This document shows, piece by piece, positions 1 to 10,291 of a stretch of 51,410 nt of DNA. Each line of letters starts with the position of its first letter. Position 1 is the first letter of the stretch. This DNA is from Roseicyclus sp. GTDB taxonomy: Bacteria > Pseudomonadota > Alphaproteobacteria > Rhodobacterales > Rhodobacteraceae. The position numbers and the translations under genes were made by a program. The notes under the pieces are model-generated. The model did not search any database, was not told where the DNA came from, and worked only from the letters and a program-made list of their open reading frames with translations. The stretch lies in the NCBI GenBank assembly GCA_016763475.1, contig JAESTV010000085.1, forward strand, positions 1 through 51,410, in the 5' to 3' direction.

Positions 1-339
1 CTGAACATCTGCACCGTCCGACATCTCCTCCACGGCTTCCTGGAAACCCGATGCAAAGCAGATTGCCCCACCCGCACCGCGGGTCGCCAACGCGCCGATG
101 ACCTCCACCGTTGCATATCGGTTCACGCCTAAAAAGGCGGCGTCCGGGGCGCTTGGCAAAGCGTCAACTGACGCGAAGGCTGGTAACCCGGCGATCTCCG
201 TTTTCAATGGGTGTACGGGCCAAATATCACCCTCGAACCCAATCTTGAGGCACTCGCGGATCACACTCAAACACCACGCGCCGCCGCCGATCACGGCGAT
301 AGATTTTGGGCGCAACAGGCGATTGATGTTGTGTATCAC
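1..339 (-). CDS. Acetate--CoA ligase (ADP-forming) family protein, 5' part; runs off the window start
   Basis: Not in the ORF track. Manual translation from GTG at 339 gives MIHNINRLLRPKSIAVIGGGAWCLSVIRECLKIGFEGDIWPVHP, a typical CoA-binding N-terminus (LLRPKSIAVIG...IWPVHP). Confidence 0.85.
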   Translation of the reverse strand, partial: MIHNINRLLRPKSIAVIGGGAWCLSVIRECLKIGFEGDIWPVHPLKTEIAGLPAFASVDALPSAPDAAFLGVNRYATVEVIGALATRGAGGAICFASGFQEAVEEMSDGADVQ

Positions 340-617
340 CGCAAGCCTCCGGCGCAGGTGGCCAATGCCGGACGCTCCGCGGGAGGTATTTTTGGCCAGA
401 TGAATAAAGGATCCGTTAACCTTGATGGAGTAGCGTTTGGGTGCGGCACAGGCTGAGGAGCCGATGGCCGCGCCAGGTGAAGCCTCCTGTCCGTTTGCGA
501 CAGGGGGTGGACCCCGGCGCAACGTCCCTGCTTCATCTGGCCAAAAATACCTCGGGGTCTGGGGCGGAGCCCCAGTTGGTCGACGCCGAAGGCGGCGAAA
601 CACCGGTCAATTGTCAT
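336..617 (-). other. 93-codon repeat-containing ORF overlapping both neighbouring genes; coding status uncertain
   Basis: ATGA overlap with the acyl-CoA dehydrogenase stop (614-617) and GTGA overlap with the ligase start (336-339). No recognisable domain. Confidence 0.3.
383..553. repeat. Perfect 22-bp inverted repeat pair (small intergenic repeat or MITE-like element)
   Basis: GAGGTATTTTTGGCCAGATGAA at 383-404 and its exact reverse complement TTCATCTGGCCAAAAATACCTC at 532-553; an internal hairpin lies near 483-507. Confidence 0.85.
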
Positions 618-1774
618 GCGCCGAGCGGCCGGAACAGATCGCGGCTGATGATGTGGCGTTGGATCTCAGAGGTGCCGTCCCAAATCCGCTCCACTCTCGC
701 ATCACGCCAGAAGCGTTCAATCGGGAAATCGTCCATCAGCCCCATCCCACCGAAAATCTGCAACGTGGTGTCCGTAACCCGCGCCAACATTTCGGTCGCG
801 TATAGCTTTGCGCTTGCGATCTCGCGGTTCGCCGGCAGCCCCTGATCCAACCGCCACGCACCCGCAAGCGTAAGGAAGTCGGCGGCGTCAATTTCGGTGA
901 TCATGTCAGCGATCTGAAAACTGACGCCCTGAAACTTGGCAATAGCCTGGCCGAATTGCTTGCGCTGCGCTGCGTAGTTGACGCCATAGTCAAAACACCG
1001 CCGCGCCCGGCCCACGCTGAAGGCAGCAACGGTCAGGCGGGTGGCGTAAAGCCACTCATTCATCACCGCAAAGCCGCCATCAACCTCACCCAGAACCTGC
1101 GCGTCCGGTAGCCTGCAATCGTCGAAATTGAGGATACAATTTTTGTAACCCCGGTGGCTGACAGAATTGTAACCGGCGCGCACCTCAAACCCCGGATGCC
1201 CGCGATCCACCAGAAAGCAGGTGATCCGCTTCTTGGGGCCCTTTGGCGTGTCATCCACTCCCGTCGCCACAAACACGATAAAGAAATCCGCGTGTTCCGC
1301 ACCTGAGATGAAGTGCTTCGACCCGTTCACCACCCAATCGCCATTGTCGCGCACGGCTGAGCATTTCATCCCGCGCACGTCCGACCCCGCGTCCGGTTCC
1401 GTCATCGCCAGGGCATCCATCCGCTCACCACGCACGGCGGGCAGTAAATACTTCTCGCGCTGTTCTCCCTCACACGCCATCAGGATATTCTGCGGCCGCC
1501 CGAAGAAATGGGTGAGTGCCATCGACCCGCGCCCAAGTTCGCGTTCCACCAGCGTGAAATCGAGGTGCGACAGGCCCGCGCCGCCCACCTCCTCCGGGAA
1601 ATTGCAGGCGTAAAACCCAAGGCCAAGGACCTTTTCTTTGATCGCCTCTCCCAGTTCCAGCGGCACCTGTCCTGTGCGTTCCACTTCCGCCTCAAACGGA
1701 TAAATCTCGTTTTCCACGAAACTGCGCACCGTGGAGATGATCATCTCCTGCTCATCGCTTAGGCCGAAATCCAC
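614..1774 (-). CDS. Acyl-CoA dehydrogenase
   Basis: Motifs ALAMTEPDAGSD, NGSKHFIS, RKQFGQAIAKFQ, QIFGGMG and RIWDGTSEIQR. Confidence 0.95.
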   Translation of the reverse strand: MDFGLSDEQEMIISTVRSFVENEIYPFEAEVERTGQVPLELGEAIKEKVLGLGFYACNFPEEVGGAGLSHLDFTLVERELGRGSMALTHFFGRPQNILMACEGEQREKYLLPAVRGERMDALAMTEPDAGSDVRGMKCSAVRDNGDWVVNGSKHFISGAEHADFFIVFVATGVDDTPKGPKKRITCFLVDRGHPGFEVRAGYNSVSHRGYKNCILNFDDCRLPDAQVLGEVDGGFAVMNEWLYATRLTVAAFSVGRARRCFDYGVNYAAQRKQFGQAIAKFQGVSFQIADMITEIDAADFLTLAGAWRLDQGLPANREIASAKLYATEMLARVTDTTLQIFGGMGLMDDFPIERFWRDARVERIWDGTSEIQRHIISRDLFRPLGA

Positions 1775-1851
1775 AGGCGTCGCCTCCCTTGTTATTAACT
1801 GGAAGATAGCGGTGGCGCGGTTGAGCTATCTTGCAGTACGCTCAGCAGATC

Positions 1852-2796
1852 ATGCAGAATGCGCAATCACAGTCCTTCTCGATGCTCCTGTTCGGTGGCT
1901 TTTCCAACTTGTGCCTCGCCAATGCGGTTGAGCCTTTGCGCGCAGCCAATACCCTGGCGCGCAAACCGCTTTATCAGTGGAATTTTCTGACCCTTGCTGA
2001 TGGCCCGGTTCGCTCGTCCAGCGGGCTATCCGTACACGCCGAAAGGTTGCTCAGCGGCGCACGGGGCGCGTTTCTTTTTGTGATGCCAAGTTATGGCCAC
2101 AAGGCATTGGCAACGCCCGCAACTGCCCGTGCCCTGCGCGCGGCGTCGGCGCGGTTTGAAACTCTCGTTGGCCTTGATACCGGCAGTTGGCTCCTTGCTG
2201 ATGCAGGGCTTCTCGACGGGTACCGCGCCACGTGTCATTGGGACATTTTGGGCGCCACGGCTGAGGCCTATCCGGATGTGCATATCACCGATGACCGCTT
2301 CATCATCGACCGCAACCGCGCCAGTTGCGGTGGGGCCACAACCACGCAGGAGTTGATGCTGGAGTTGATCGAGCGCCGTCATGGCGCTGGCCTGACCCTG
2401 GAGGTCGCCGCGCTGTTTATGTACGGAGAGCGTGACCCGCAGATTGACCCACTCCGCCTGATCCCAACCCATCGCAACGTCAAGGCTGCCGTATCCGTGA
2501 TGCGCCGCCATGTGGAAGAGCCGCTGAGCATAAGCCAGATTGCACAGACCCTTGGCCTCAGCCGTCGCGCCCTGGAGCAGGCCTTTCAAACCCATGCGCA
2601 CGCAAGCCCCGCCAAGGCGTACCGCGCAATCCGGTTGGCTGAGGCGCGGCGTCGCCTGGAGCAAACCCGCGAAAGCGTGGCCGAGATCGCCTTGCGCTCG
2701 GGCTATCGCGATGCCACGGCTATGGCACGGGCCTTCAAGGCAGAGTTCGGGATCACCCCCTCTGCCGCGCGGTCCAAGCGAATTGCAGAGGGGTAG
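1852..2796 (+). CDS. GlxA-family AraC transcriptional regulator (DJ-1/PfpI domain plus HTH)
   Basis: EPLRAAN...LYQW, GLDTGSWLLADAGLLDGYRATCHW and a C-terminal AraC HTH (VAEIALRSGY...FKAEFGITPS). Start taken at ATG 1852. Confidence 0.92.
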   Translation: MQNAQSQSFSMLLFGGFSNLCLANAVEPLRAANTLARKPLYQWNFLTLADGPVRSSSGLSVHAERLLSGARGAFLFVMPSYGHKALATPATARALRAASARFETLVGLDTGSWLLADAGLLDGYRATCHWDILGATAEAYPDVHITDDRFIIDRNRASCGGATTTQELMLELIERRHGAGLTLEVAALFMYGERDPQIDPLRLIPTHRNVKAAVSVMRRHVEEPLSISQIAQTLGLSRRALEQAFQTHAHASPAKAYRAIRLAEARRRLEQTRESVAEIALRSGYRDATAMARAFKAEFGITPSAARSKRIAEG

Positions 2797-2799
2797 ATC

Positions 2800-4410
2800 A
2801 TGGCGAAAACCGTTGGCGAAGTGTTGATCGAGTTGTTGGAACGGCGCGGGGTAGACACCGTTTTCGGTATCCCCGGCGTCCATACGGTTGAGATGTATCG
2901 CGGCCTGAAGGCCTCAAAAATCCGCCACATAACACCTCGTCACGAACAAGGTGCGGGTTTCATGGCTGACGGCTACGCACGTGCCACCGGCAAACCCGGC
3001 GTATGCCTGCTGATCACCGGGCCGGGGGTCACAAACGCGATCACACCCATGGCGCAGGCCCGCGCGGATTCAGTGCCGATGCTGGTGATCTCGGGTGTGA
3101 ACCCGGCCGCGACGTTCGGCCATGAGGAAGGTTTCCTGCACGAGTTGCCCAACCAATCCGCGATGATGCGTGAGGTGGCGCTGTGGTCCCATACCCTGCA
3201 TCGCGGCGCGGATCTTGAGCGTGTGGTGGAGCGTGCCTTCGCCGCCATGACCGGCGGGCGTCCTGGTCCGGTACATATCGAGGTTCCGCTTGATGTGATG
3301 AAGCAACAGATCGAGATGCCACCCGTACGTGCAGCGGTTGTAACCCTTCAGGTGCCGGACCCTGCAATCATCGCTGACGCCGCCAAACGCCTCCGCGCCG
3401 CCAAACGGCCGCTGATCCTCGCCGGGGGCGGCGCTGTCGGCGCGGCAGACAACCTCATCACGTTGGCCGAACGTATGGACGCGCCGGTTGTCACAACCAC
3501 CAATGGACGCGGCATCCTTGGTGGTCATCCCCTGCGGGTGCCTGCCAGCCCCAGCTTCCCGGCGATCCGCGAGATGATGGCGCAGGCCGACCTTGTCCTC
3601 GCCATCGGCACCCAATTCGGGCGCACCGATTACGATATGTATGAGGATGGGGCCGCACCTGCGCTGCACAACCTGATCCGCATTGACTGCGATCCGGTTC
3701 AGGTCACTCGTGGGCGCTTGCCCGATCTGGCGATTGTGGCTGATGCAAACGCGGCGGTAGCGGCATTGCTGCAAGCAACCGAGGGTCTGAGCAACGCAGC
3801 CAACACCACCAAAAACACCACCACAAACACCGGTGCGGCCATCGCGCAGGCGGCTCGCACAGCCGCCTTTGCCAGCCTCAACCCCGCCTACAAATCCCAC
3901 ATCGCAGTGATTGATACGATCACCCGGACCATCCCGGGTTGCCGCATGGTGGGGGACAGCACGCAGTTGATCTACGCGGGCAACATGTATGCCGACATCG
4001 CGCAACCCCGTGGCTGGTTCAACGCCTCCACCGGATACGGCGCGCTTGGCTTCGGCGCTCCCGCGGCAATCGGTGCCGCCCTTGGCGATCCTGAAACCCC
4101 CGTGGTCTGCATCACCGGTGATGGCGGTCTTCAGTTCTGCCTGTCTGAACTGGGCACCGCCATGGACGAAGCCACACCAGTGATCTTCGTGGTCTGGAAC
4201 AACAACGGCTATCAGGAGATCGAGCGATATATGCTCGACAACGGCATTGCACCTGAAGGAGTCAAACCGTCCGCCCCGGATTTTGTGCAAGTGGCGCAGG
4301 CCTATGGCATGGGGGCCGAGGCCATTGACGGCCTCAGCGGATTCCCCGCAGCGCTGGAACGCGCGCGCGATGCGGGCACCGCGCGGCTGATTGAGATCAA
4401 GACGCCGTAA
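2800..4410 (+). CDS. Thiamine pyrophosphate-dependent decarboxylase (5-guanidino-2-oxopentanoate decarboxylase-like)
   Basis: VFGIPGVH, RHEQGAGFMADGYARATGKPG, TGPGVTN and the TPP motif GDGG...WNN. Confidence 0.88.
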   Translation: MAKTVGEVLIELLERRGVDTVFGIPGVHTVEMYRGLKASKIRHITPRHEQGAGFMADGYARATGKPGVCLLITGPGVTNAITPMAQARADSVPMLVISGVNPAATFGHEEGFLHELPNQSAMMREVALWSHTLHRGADLERVVERAFAAMTGGRPGPVHIEVPLDVMKQQIEMPPVRAAVVTLQVPDPAIIADAAKRLRAAKRPLILAGGGAVGAADNLITLAERMDAPVVTTTNGRGILGGHPLRVPASPSFPAIREMMAQADLVLAIGTQFGRTDYDMYEDGAAPALHNLIRIDCDPVQVTRGRLPDLAIVADANAAVAALLQATEGLSNAANTTKNTTTNTGAAIAQAARTAAFASLNPAYKSHIAVIDTITRTIPGCRMVGDSTQLIYAGNMYADIAQPRGWFNASTGYGALGFGAPAAIGAALGDPETPVVCITGDGGLQFCLSELGTAMDEATPVIFVVWNNNGYQEIERYMLDNGIAPEGVKPSAPDFVQVAQAYGMGAEAIDGLSGFPAALERARDAGTARLIEIKTP

Positions 4411-6028
4411 GTCCGGCGCGCTCCTCAAGAAGGTTGGTCAGCCAATCGGGGTCCATCTCGGCCACCGAGGACAGCAGCAGCTCCGTATACGGATCATGGG
4501 GCGGCTGGAACATCTGCGCCTTGGGGCCCTGTTCCACAACGATACCTTCTTTCATCACCACAACCTCATCGGCAATTGCCTTCACGGTCGCAAGGTCATG
4601 GGTGATGAACATATAGGCCAGGTTAAATTCACTCTGAAGCTTGTCGAGCAACTTCAGGATGCCCTCCGCCACCAGTTGATCCAGCGCCGAGGTGACCTCA
4701 TCACAGATGATGAACTGAGGTTCCGCCGCCAAGGCCCGCGCAATGCCGATGCGCTGCTTCTGGCCGCCAGACAGCTCCGATGGCAGACGGTCAATGTAAT
4801 CGTCGGGTTCCAGCTCGATCAGGGACAGCAAATCTTTGGTCCGGGTCTCCAGCGCCTTGCCGTTCAGGCCCAGATACATCTGGGCGGGGCGGCCAATCAG
4901 CTCTCGAAGCCGCAGCTTGGGGTTCAAGGCGGTGTCGGCGCTCTGATAGATCATTTGCGCCTGTCGCAACTGCTCGCGGGAACGTTTGCGATAGTCCGGG
5001 GGCAGGGCGGTGCCGTTGAACAATATCTCCCCGGTGTGGGGTGGCAGGAGGCCGGTAATCACCCGTGCAGCGGTCGATTTTCCCGACCCGGACTCGCCCA
5101 CAACCGCAACCGTGCGTTTGGCATGGATGTCGAAGTTGATGTTCTTGAGCACATCAACTGTCCCATACCCCGCCGTCACACCCCGGACCGAAACCACAGG
5201 TGTCACGTCACTATCAACAGGTGGTTGCTCAGCCCGCGCATAGCTGCGCACCGCCCAGAGGGATTTGGTATAATCCTTTGATGGGTTTGCCAGCATCGTT
5301 CGGGTGTCGGCCTCTTCAACCTCTTCACCTCGCAGCAGAACTTTGATCTTGTCCGCCATTTGCGCCACAACCGCGAGGTCGTGAGTGATATAAATCGCGG
5401 CGGTATTGAACTGCTCCACGATGTCACGGATCGCTGACAGAACCTCGATCTGCGTGGTGACATCCAACGCCGTTGTTGGTTCATCAAAGATGATCAGATC
5501 GGGGCGACAGGCCATTGCCATCGCCGTCATGGCGCGCTGCAACTGCCCGCCCGAAACCTGGTGAGGGTAGCGGAAGCCTATCGTTTCAGGCTCTGGCAAT
5601 TGCATCTTGGCGTACAACTCGGTTGCGTCTCTCTCGGCCTCGGACCGGCCCATGACGCCGTGTTCCACCGGCCCTTCGCAATACTGGTCAATCAGCTTGT
5701 GGGCGGGGTTGAAACTTGCCGCTGCTGACTGCGCCACATAGGCGATACGTTTGCCGCGCAGAGCGCGTCGTTCGGCCTCGGACGATGTGCGAAGGTTGAT
5801 CCCGTCAAACAGGATCTCGCCGCCGGAAATGCGGCAACCGTCGCGGGCAAACCCCATGGCGGCCAAGCCGATGGTGGACTTGCCGGCACCGGATTCCCCG
5901 ATCAGGCCCAGAACCTCACCTTTGTGCAGGGTCAGATCGACACCTTTCACAATCTCCAGCCATTCCTCATCAGCGCGACCTTCGATCCGAAGGCCTTTTA
6001 TGGTCAGAAGGATCTCTTGATCACTCAT
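4397..6028 (-). CDS. Dipeptide/oligopeptide-type ABC transporter ATP-binding protein with two fused ATPase domains
   Basis: Two Walker A motifs (GESGAGKST, GESGSGKST), signatures VSGGQLQR and LSGGQKQR, plus DEPTTALD and ITHDL. Confidence 0.95.
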   Translation of the reverse strand: MSDQEILLTIKGLRIEGRADEEWLEIVKGVDLTLHKGEVLGLIGESGAGKSTIGLAAMGFARDGCRISGGEILFDGINLRTSSEAERRALRGKRIAYVAQSAAASFNPAHKLIDQYCEGPVEHGVMGRSEAERDATELYAKMQLPEPETIGFRYPHQVSGGQLQRAMTAMAMACRPDLIIFDEPTTALDVTTQIEVLSAIRDIVEQFNTAAIYITHDLAVVAQMADKIKVLLRGEEVEEADTRTMLANPSKDYTKSLWAVRSYARAEQPPVDSDVTPVVSVRGVTAGYGTVDVLKNINFDIHAKRTVAVVGESGSGKSTAARVITGLLPPHTGEILFNGTALPPDYRKRSREQLRQAQMIYQSADTALNPKLRLRELIGRPAQMYLGLNGKALETRTKDLLSLIELEPDDYIDRLPSELSGGQKQRIGIARALAAEPQFIICDEVTSALDQLVAEGILKLLDKLQSEFNLAYMFITHDLATVKAIADEVVVMKEGIVVEQGPKAQMFQPPHDPYTELLLSSVAEMDPDWLTNLLEERAGLTAS

Positions 6029-6029
6029 G

Positions 6030-6956
6030 TCATTGCTCCTTCAAACCGGATGCGCGGTGCAATTGCCAATCAACCACAAAATTCACACTGACTGTCAGCA
6101 GGGCAATGGCACCTGCGGGCAGAAGCGGGGTGATGTCACCGAAAGTAATCAGTGTTGCGTTGTCTTTCACCATCGACCCCCAGTCTGCCGTAGGCGGCTG
6201 CATGCCAAGGCCCAGGAACGACAGAGCCGAGATCATCAGGAACACAAAGCAGAACCGCAGACCAAATTCGGCCACCAGCGGTGCCATGGCATTTGGCAGG
6301 ATTTCACGGGTGATAAGGCGCCACAGCCCTTCACCACGCAGTTTTGCGGCTTCCACATAATCCATCACCACGATGTTCATCGCCACCGACCGCGCCAGTC
6401 GGAAGACACGTGTGCTGTCGATCAAGGCGATCACGATGATCATGCTGACAACAGACGTTCCGAAAATTGTCAGCAGCAGCATTGCAAAGATCAGTGACGG
6501 GATAGCCATCAACACATCCACGGTGCGGCTCAGGGCCTGATCAACCCAACCGCCAACAATTGCCGCCAAAAGCCCAAGGATGGAGCCAAGGAAAAACGCG
6601 AGCGCGGTGATAATGAAGGCAATCCCCACCGTATTGCGCGCAGCATAGATCAGACGGGACAGCATATCGCGGCCCAGATTATCGGTGCCCAGAAGGTTCA
6701 CATTGTTCCACGCGTCATATTCGCGGCCAACAATCTCTGTTTCCGAGAACGGCGCGATCAGCGGCGCGAAGACGGCCACGATGATGTAGATCAGGATCAT
6801 CAGCATCCCGAAACTCGCAGTCATTGGTGCGGTGCGCATTTCTTTTGCGATGCCCTTTGGGCAAATTTGCACCATCAAAAAACGGAACAGCAATCCTGCC
6901 GCCATAGCGATAGCGATGACGACGACGAACCAGACAAGTCCAATTATAAAACCCAT
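6030..6956 (-). CDS. Peptide ABC transporter permease (DppC-like)
   Basis: LLGTDNLGRDMLSRLIY, EAA motif DYVEAAKLRG and LSFLGLG. Confidence 0.93.
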   Translation of the reverse strand: MGFIIGLVWFVVVIAIAMAAGLLFRFLMVQICPKGIAKEMRTAPMTASFGMLMILIYIIVAVFAPLIAPFSETEIVGREYDAWNNVNLLGTDNLGRDMLSRLIYAARNTVGIAFIITALAFFLGSILGLLAAIVGGWVDQALSRTVDVLMAIPSLIFAMLLLTIFGTSVVSMIIVIALIDSTRVFRLARSVAMNIVVMDYVEAAKLRGEGLWRLITREILPNAMAPLVAEFGLRFCFVFLMISALSFLGLGMQPPTADWGSMVKDNATLITFGDITPLLPAGAIALLTVSVNFVVDWQLHRASGLKEQ

Positions 6957-6968
6957 ATCCAGCCCCCC

Positions 6969-7925
6969 TCAGCGACGGTGTATAAGGCGAGGGTTGGACA
7001 AGGTCGCCAACACATCTGCGGTGAGGTTAAGCAGCACAAAGGCGGCCGCGAAGACAAGAGAGATACCCTGGACCACCGGCATATCGCGGGCGGATACACT
7101 ATCGACCATCAACTGGCCAAGGCCGGGATAAACAAACACAACCTCCACCACCACAACGCCGGTAATCAGATAGGCGAGGTTCAGGGCCACCACGTTAATA
7201 ATCGGCGCCAGCGCATTGGGCAGCGCGTGTCTTATGATCACACGCATCGGCTTCATGCCTTTCAGACGCGCCATCTCGATATAGGGGCTGGCAAGCAGGT
7301 TAATGATCGCGGCGCGTGTCATCCGCATCATGTGTGCGGTCACAACCAGCGTCAGGGTCAGGGCCGGCAGGAAGGTCCGATAGAGGAAGTCTCCAAGGCT
7401 CGGGTCACCCCGGAAGTTTGCCATCGACGGGAATGGCCCGCCTGCGCCCGCCAGCCAGAAGATCAGGATATAGGCCACGAAGAATTCCGGGAACGAGATC
7501 GAGGTCAGCGCTGAGGCATTGGCGACGCGGTCGAAGAATGAGTTGCGAAACAGCGCCGCGAGGATGCCAAGCGACAGCGACAGCGGCACCGCAATGGCGG
7601 CGGCGTAAAGCGCCAGCGACAGCGTGTTGCCAAGCCTGCGTCCGATCAGATCTGCCACCGATTGCCCGTTTGCCAGGCTTTCACCAAGGTCTCCGCGCAA
7701 CACGTCTGTCAGCCATCCAACATAGCGGATGTGCATCGGGTCATTCAGGCCCAGTTGCTCTCGCAAGGCGGCGACGGTTTCAGGTGTGGCTGCTTGGCCC
7801 AAGATTTCTTGTGCGAAATCACCGGGCAGAAGCTCGGTGCCCAAAAAGATAATCAGTGACACAACGAGCAGCGTGACAAGGCCAAGGGCCAGGCGCTGCG
7901 CAATCATCATCCAGATATGTGACAT
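6969..7925 (-). CDS. Peptide ABC transporter permease (DppB-like)
   Basis: Start MSHIWMM at 7925; LPGD, LREQLGLN, GDLGES, YIEMARLKG and HALPNAL motifs. Confidence 0.93.
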   Translation of the reverse strand: MSHIWMMIAQRLALGLVTLLVVSLIIFLGTELLPGDFAQEILGQAATPETVAALREQLGLNDPMHIRYVGWLTDVLRGDLGESLANGQSVADLIGRRLGNTLSLALYAAAIAVPLSLSLGILAALFRNSFFDRVANASALTSISFPEFFVAYILIFWLAGAGGPFPSMANFRGDPSLGDFLYRTFLPALTLTLVVTAHMMRMTRAAIINLLASPYIEMARLKGMKPMRVIIRHALPNALAPIINVVALNLAYLITGVVVVEVVFVYPGLGQLMVDSVSARDMPVVQGISLVFAAAFVLLNLTADVLATLSNPRLIHRR

Positions 7926-7982
7926 GGGGTCCCCTTTGTGGCGCTTGTCATCCCGTGCGCGCAGACGGGTCAGCCGGGGAGG

Positions 7983-8024
7983 CCAAAAAGAAACCCCCGG
8001 GCGCGATTTCCGCGTCCGGGGGTT
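7983..8024 (-). terminator. Hairpin with U-rich tail after the substrate-binding protein gene (partial terminator or mRNA stabiliser)
   Basis: Minus strand reads CCCCCGGACGCG-GAAAT-CGCGCCCGGGGG followed by TTTCTTTTT. Confidence 0.7.
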
Positions 8025-8034
8025 GGGTCTCAGA

Positions 8035-9603
8035 TCAGGTTGCGAACCACCAGCGTTCGGCGATCCGTTGACCGTCATTCCGCCAGTTCGTCGCGATCTG
8101 CTCGGGGCGAGCAAGGGTGTCGCTGTGCGCACCTACGTAAGCTGCAAACATCGGGATGATGGTGCCGCCTTCGTCGGACACGATCTGCTGCATCTCGAAA
8201 TATTGTTCGCGGCGAAGGTCCTCGTCCAACTCGGACCGGGCAGAGGTGACAAGCATGTTGAACCGTTCGTGGCTCCAGTATGTCTCGTTCCACGGCGCAC
8301 CATCGGTATAAGCCGTCGAGAACATCCAGTCTGCTGTCGGGCGACCACTCCAGTAGGTGCCGACAAACGGCTCCTGCATCCAGACGTTGGACCAGTAGCC
8401 ATCGTTGGGTTCGCGCACGACGTTGATGTTGATGCCGCTTGCAGCGGCGCTTTCGGCGAAAAGGACACCCGTGTCCATCGCGCCCGCAAAGGCGGCGTCA
8501 GCCAGGTGGATATCCACATCCAGGCTTTCCAGGCCGGCTTCACGCAGGTGGAATTGTGCCCGATCCGGATCGTACTCGCGTTGCTCCAATTCGGTATTGA
8601 AGAAGCGTTGGCCGGGGCCAATCGGGTGGTCATTTCCAAGGGTGCCGTGACCGTTAAGGATTGTATCGACCAATTGCTGGCGATCAATCGAGAACTTCAG
8701 CGCCATACGCACGTTTATATCGTCAAACGGGGCCGCACGTGTGTCCATTGGCAGGCCATAGTGCTGGGTGCCGGTAACCGACAGGATCTCGATCCCCGGA
8801 GCGCGCTCCAGCAGGTGCACTGTGTTCAGGTCAGCGGTGTCGATATAGTCGACTTCGCCCGAGACCAACGCATTCTGGCGTGCCGCGTTGTCGTGGATCA
8901 CGATCAGTTCGACTGCATCGAACCATGCCGAGTTGGGCTTCCAATAGCCGTCATGACGCACAAGCCGCGAGCCAACGCCGGACTCGACCTCTTCAATGGC
9001 GTAAGGGCCGCAGCCGTCGGTGCCCGCCGCGTCGATGCTGCCATCAGCCTGCGCGGGTACAATCGGCAGGTGATAGTCCGACATCACGAAGGGGAAGTCG
9101 GCGTTACCTGCAGAAAGCGTGAAGATCACGTTCATTCCGTCTGCGGTAATGTCGGTGATATCCGCCACAATTGGTGCCGCGGCAGAGGTGGAATCCTCAC
9201 CCCGGTGGTGGTTGATCGACGCAATCACGTCCTCTGCAGTCATCACATGGCCGGAATGGTATTGGACGCCGGAGCGGAGCGTAAAGGTCCACGTTGTAGC
9301 ATCAGCTGAGGCTTCCCAGCTTTCTGCAAGCTCAGGGATCAGGCTGCCGTCAGCCGCAATCTCCGACAGGTAATTATTGCTCGTATGGGCTTGGAGGATC
9401 GAGAAACCAGAGTCCCAAGTGCCTGGATCCATTGAATCGGTGGTCGAGCCGTGGGCCATGCCTACACGTAAAGTGCCGCCGCGCACGGGTTCAGCGCGCA
9501 ACGGCGTGCCCCATGGGGTAATCAGCGCAGCCGTGCCAATTGCCGCAGAACCCTGCAACACCGTCCGACGGCTAGGGCCGCGCGATCCAGTCAAACTATT
9601 CAT
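8035..9603 (-). CDS. ABC transporter substrate-binding protein (family 5) with Tat signal peptide
   Basis: SRRTVLQG twin-arginine motif; PELAESWE..S.DATTWTFTLR, GCGPY and PFDDINVRMAL. ATG at 9603 has a GGAG RBS. Confidence 0.93.
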   Translation of the reverse strand: MNSLTGSRGPSRRTVLQGSAAIGTAALITPWGTPLRAEPVRGGTLRVGMAHGSTTDSMDPGTWDSGFSILQAHTSNNYLSEIAADGSLIPELAESWEASADATTWTFTLRSGVQYHSGHVMTAEDVIASINHHRGEDSTSAAAPIVADITDITADGMNVIFTLSAGNADFPFVMSDYHLPIVPAQADGSIDAAGTDGCGPYAIEEVESGVGSRLVRHDGYWKPNSAWFDAVELIVIHDNAARQNALVSGEVDYIDTADLNTVHLLERAPGIEILSVTGTQHYGLPMDTRAAPFDDINVRMALKFSIDRQQLVDTILNGHGTLGNDHPIGPGQRFFNTELEQREYDPDRAQFHLREAGLESLDVDIHLADAAFAGAMDTGVLFAESAAASGININVVREPNDGYWSNVWMQEPFVGTYWSGRPTADWMFSTAYTDGAPWNETYWSHERFNMLVTSARSELDEDLRREQYFEMQQIVSDEGGTIIPMFAAYVGAHSDTLARPEQIATNWRNDGQRIAERWWFAT

Positions 9604-10291
9604 TTTGTTCTCCACTGTTGATGTCCATCGCCGGTTGTCCGGCTTGTGCATTTCGCATTCTGCCCGCAATTATCTGTGTTTTAACGGTTAGTTGCAACTG
9701 TGAACACCTTTTGTTGGCGTTGTGGGGGTGGTTGCATCCCTGGAATTCCGGACTGCAGGGGCCTGTGCGAACGCCTTTGCGCAAGGCTTGATTAGGGGGC
9801 TTGCGTCCAGTTTCCACTCAGCGCTTCAGGCGCAGTTGTGGCCAATATTTCTTGGGCGAATGGCTCATTTTCCTCCCGAACATATACAGTGCTTTTGGCG
9901 GCCAATTTCCGTTCCGTTTCAGGCGTATGGCCGATGACGCGAAAATACCCGAGGTCGGGGCATTGGTTTCGCACGGAACTGACGGCGATTTGTACGTCGG
10001 CGTCGGTATCCGGCACCTGAAGAACCGCACTCGGCCCGATCTGCACTGCGAAAGGCACCCAAACAGCAGATCCGGCATCATCTGACCCAACGTGTGGCAC
10101 ATCGCAACGGGCGCAGGGGATTGCGGGTGCAGGATACAGCCTTTGGGTGCGGCCACCCGGACCGGCGCCAGCGGGCCTGCGTTGCTGGCGATCATTTCCG
10201 CGGTGACATCGGCAACGTTGCTCCCTGCGCATTCCTGTACCAATTTCTGTGGCAGGAACCGCGGTCTGCCAAACGAGTCCTGACCCGTCAG

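Noticed and set aside
3070-4428. Long antisense ORFs, e.g. 3070-4428(-), 7729-9309(+), 11994-13334(+), 35290-36426(-), 39005-40300(+)
   Set aside because: Shadow frames opposite well-supported genes, expected from high-GC codon bias.
9604-10291. ORFs 9792-10295(-), 9818-10243(-) and 9801-10085(+) between the SBP and hydantoinase B genes
   Set aside because: No recognisable domain or convincing RBS. A decayed plus-strand gene (MADDAKIPEVG...) is possible but cannot be supported without a search.
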